Shown here: one piece after another, positions 62,313 through 64,000 of the stretch
How positions within the stretch are numbered: the first letter of the stretch is position 1
Layout: each line of letters starts with the position of its first letter
IMG/VR virus record: IMGVR_UViG_3300032274_000001
Span: 8,939 to 72,938 of that record
DNA length: 64,000 nucleotides
Strand: one strand, 5' to 3'
From: a virus
Taxonomy: Duplodnaviria > Caudoviricetes
Translations under genes and position numbers: made by a program
The notes under the pieces: model-generated
Told to the model about the DNA's origin: nothing
The model's database searches: none
What the model saw: the letters and a program-made list of their open reading frames with translations, nothing else

Positions 62313-64000
62313 GTGGCTGACGTGACTCTGACAGTCAAGGTGCGCGGAGATGGCTCTGCCGAGTTGGTTAAGGTCGGCAAGGGCGTCAAGGACATCGGCG
62401 AGGAGTCGGAGAAGTCCGGCAAAAAAATCGCCGCGATGACAGCGGTCATTGGGGGGGCTGCTGTTGCGGCGGGTGGGTTGGTCGCTGCGTTCAAGAGTGT
62501 GCAGGGTGTCCTGCGTCAGTTCGAGCAGATCGATTCCATCACCAAGATGTCGCGCGAGATTGGCGTGGCGGTGGAGACGGTGTCGTCGTTCACGCTGGCT
62601 GCGCAGCTCAGCGGCACGAGTACCGACATCATGGCCCGGGGCATGCGGAACCTGGCCCGCAACGCCACGCAGGTCGTGCAGGGTACGGGCGAAGCGCGGT
62701 CGGCATTCGATGCCCTGAAGATCTCGGTGGAGAACGCCTCCGGGGGCCTCAAGTCTGGCGAAGAGCTGATGCTTGAGATCGCGGATGCGTTCTCTCAGGC
62801 CAAGGACGGCGCTGAGAAGACGGCGATCGCGATGAAGGCGGTGGGCGAGGAGGCCGGCCCGAAGCTGATCAACTTCCTCAATCAGGGCGCAGTCGGCATC
62901 AAGGCCATGATCGAGCTCAACCGGGATCTCGGGCTGTCGTTCACCGAGGCTCAGGGCGCTCTCGTCGAGGGGATCAACGACAATCTGACCATCCTCGGGC
63001 TGGCCTTCGATGGGATCAAGCGGCAGTTCGCTCTCGGGCTGGCCCCGGCGCTGAGCCAGATCACGGGTGCGGTGGTGGAGTTCGCCAAGGCGGCAGCCGG
63101 GCCCGGGCAGGCCGGGGCTCGGGGGTTCGCTCAGGTCATCGGCGGCAGCTTGGTGGCGGCGGTGGATGCTGGCCTCGCGGCACTCGAGCAGTTCCTGCGG
63201 ACGATTGAGCAGTTCGGTCTAGGCGAGGCGCTGGGCAACCTGTTCCGGGGTGCCTTCGAGGGCATCGGGACGTTCGCTCTCCAGGCGGGGGCGTTCATCG
63301 CCAAGCAGATCGGTATCGGGATCTTGCAGGCGTTCCCGATCACCATTGGCCAGGTGCTCAAGGGGGTCCGCGCGGCGATCCTCTCGGTGTTCGGAGAGAC
63401 GGTTGGCGGGTCTATCGTCAGCGGCTTTGGGATCGACGGGGAGATCGAAGCGCTGGTCGGGTACGTCCAGGCGCTGGAGGACCTGCGGGGCGAGTTCCCT
63501 GCGTTCGTCGAGGTGGGGAAGGGCTCGGAGGCTATTGGGAATCTGGCCGATGCTGCGGCGGCAGCCCGGAAGAGTCTGGGCGAGTTCAAAGCCCAGGGCG
63601 AGTCGCTCGCGCTGGTCACCTTGCCGAAGCTGGAGAAGGCGACTTCCGGTGTCGGCAAGAGCACCAAGGCCGCAGGTGCCTCTGCGAAGGCCACAAAGGA
63701 GGCGTACGAGCTTTTCGCGACGAGTACCGGAGATGCCCTATCCCGGCTCGTGAGCGACATAGAGAGCCAGTACGGGTCCTTGGCGGGGACGGTGACTCTA
63801 GCGTTCGGACAGGCATTTGACGGAGTCATCGCGGGCACCAACACATTTGGTGGGGTGTTTAAGTCTGCGCTCACGCGGATCATGCGAGATTCGGTGTCGG
63901 GGGCGGTGGGCGGATTAGTCGGGCAGTTGACTGGGTTGCTCAGCGATGTCGGGGGAAGTGTCCTTGATGCGATCGGAGTATCTACGGGGGGGAGTGGGGC
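62313..64000 (+). CDS. Tape measure protein, 3' partial (absent from the ORF track)
   Basis: GTG 62313 MADVTLTVKVRGDG...; Ala/Gly-rich helices, open to the window end. Confidence 0.9.
   Translation, partial: MADVTLTVKVRGDGSAELVKVGKGVKDIGEESEKSGKKIAAMTAVIGGAAVAAGGLVAAFKSVQGVLRQFEQIDSITKMSREIGVAVETVSSFTLAAQLSGTSTDIMARGMRNLARNATQVVQGTGEARSAFDALKISVENASGGLKSGEELMLEIADAFSQAKDGAEKTAIAMKAVGEEAGPKLINFLNQGAVGIKAMIELNRDLGLSFTEAQGALVEGINDNLTILGLAFDGIKRQFALGLAPALSQITGAVVEFAKAAAGPGQAGARGFAQVIGGSLVAAVDAGLAALEQFLRTIEQFGLGEALGNLFRGAFEGIGTFALQAGAFIAKQIGIGILQAFPITIGQVLKGVRAAILSVFGETVGGSIVSGFGIDGEIEALVGYVQALEDLRGEFPAFVEVGKGSEAIGNLADAAAAARKSLGEFKAQGESLALVTLPKLEKATSGVGKSTKAAGASAKATKEAYELFATSTGDALSRLVSDIESQYGSLAGTVTLAFGQAFDGVIAGTNTFGGVFKSALTRIMRDSVSGAVGGLVGQLTGLLSDVGGSVLDAIGVSTGGSG

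Noticed and set aside
1-64000. Prophage boundaries, integrase, repressor, tRNAs, CRISPR arrays, IS elements
   Set aside because: None recognisable by eye; lifestyle cannot be assigned from this window. tRNAscan and Infernal were not run.
1-64000. Stop-codon reassignment
   Set aside because: Core genes are full length in the standard code and end in TAG, TGA or TAA with tight coupling.

Overview
The whole 64 kb reads as one GC-rich tailed dsDNA phage genome segment (Caudoviricetes, HK97-type head, probably a long non-contractile tail because no sheath gene precedes the tube). There are no host housekeeping genes, and no integrase, repressor, DNA polymerase, tRNA or CRISPR array that I could support. 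Layout: end of a tail-fibre-like gene (<1.6 kb); leftward block of small accessory genes (1.6-8.7 kb); rightward lysis cassette with SLT endolysin, holin candidates and a lipoprotein (8.9-12.9 kb); leftward block with a PAPS-reductase/IbrA, EctC-ParB fusion and DUF3440-like operon plus exonuclease and putative annealase (12.9-20 kb); then one rightward run: dual-frame C5 DNA methyltransferase, replication protein, primase-like/DnaB fusion, RRM protein, TerS, TrmH, GroES, HD hydrolase, HNH, TerL, portal-MuF fusion, protease, structured leader, major capsid, a glycosyltransferase/ATP-grasp/methyltransferase cluster, three signal-peptide Cys-rich adhesin-like proteins, head-tail joining genes, tail tube, frameshifted tail chaperone and tape measure (runs off the end). 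Most notable: the EctC-ParB/IbrA operon, exported adhesin-like proteins plus glycosylation genes inside the morphogenesis module, a Tat-signal mini-protein carrying a copy of the capsid spine helix, an out-of-frame methyltransferase subunit, and a folded RNA leader before the capsid gene. All family calls come from motif recognition by eye; no database searches were run.
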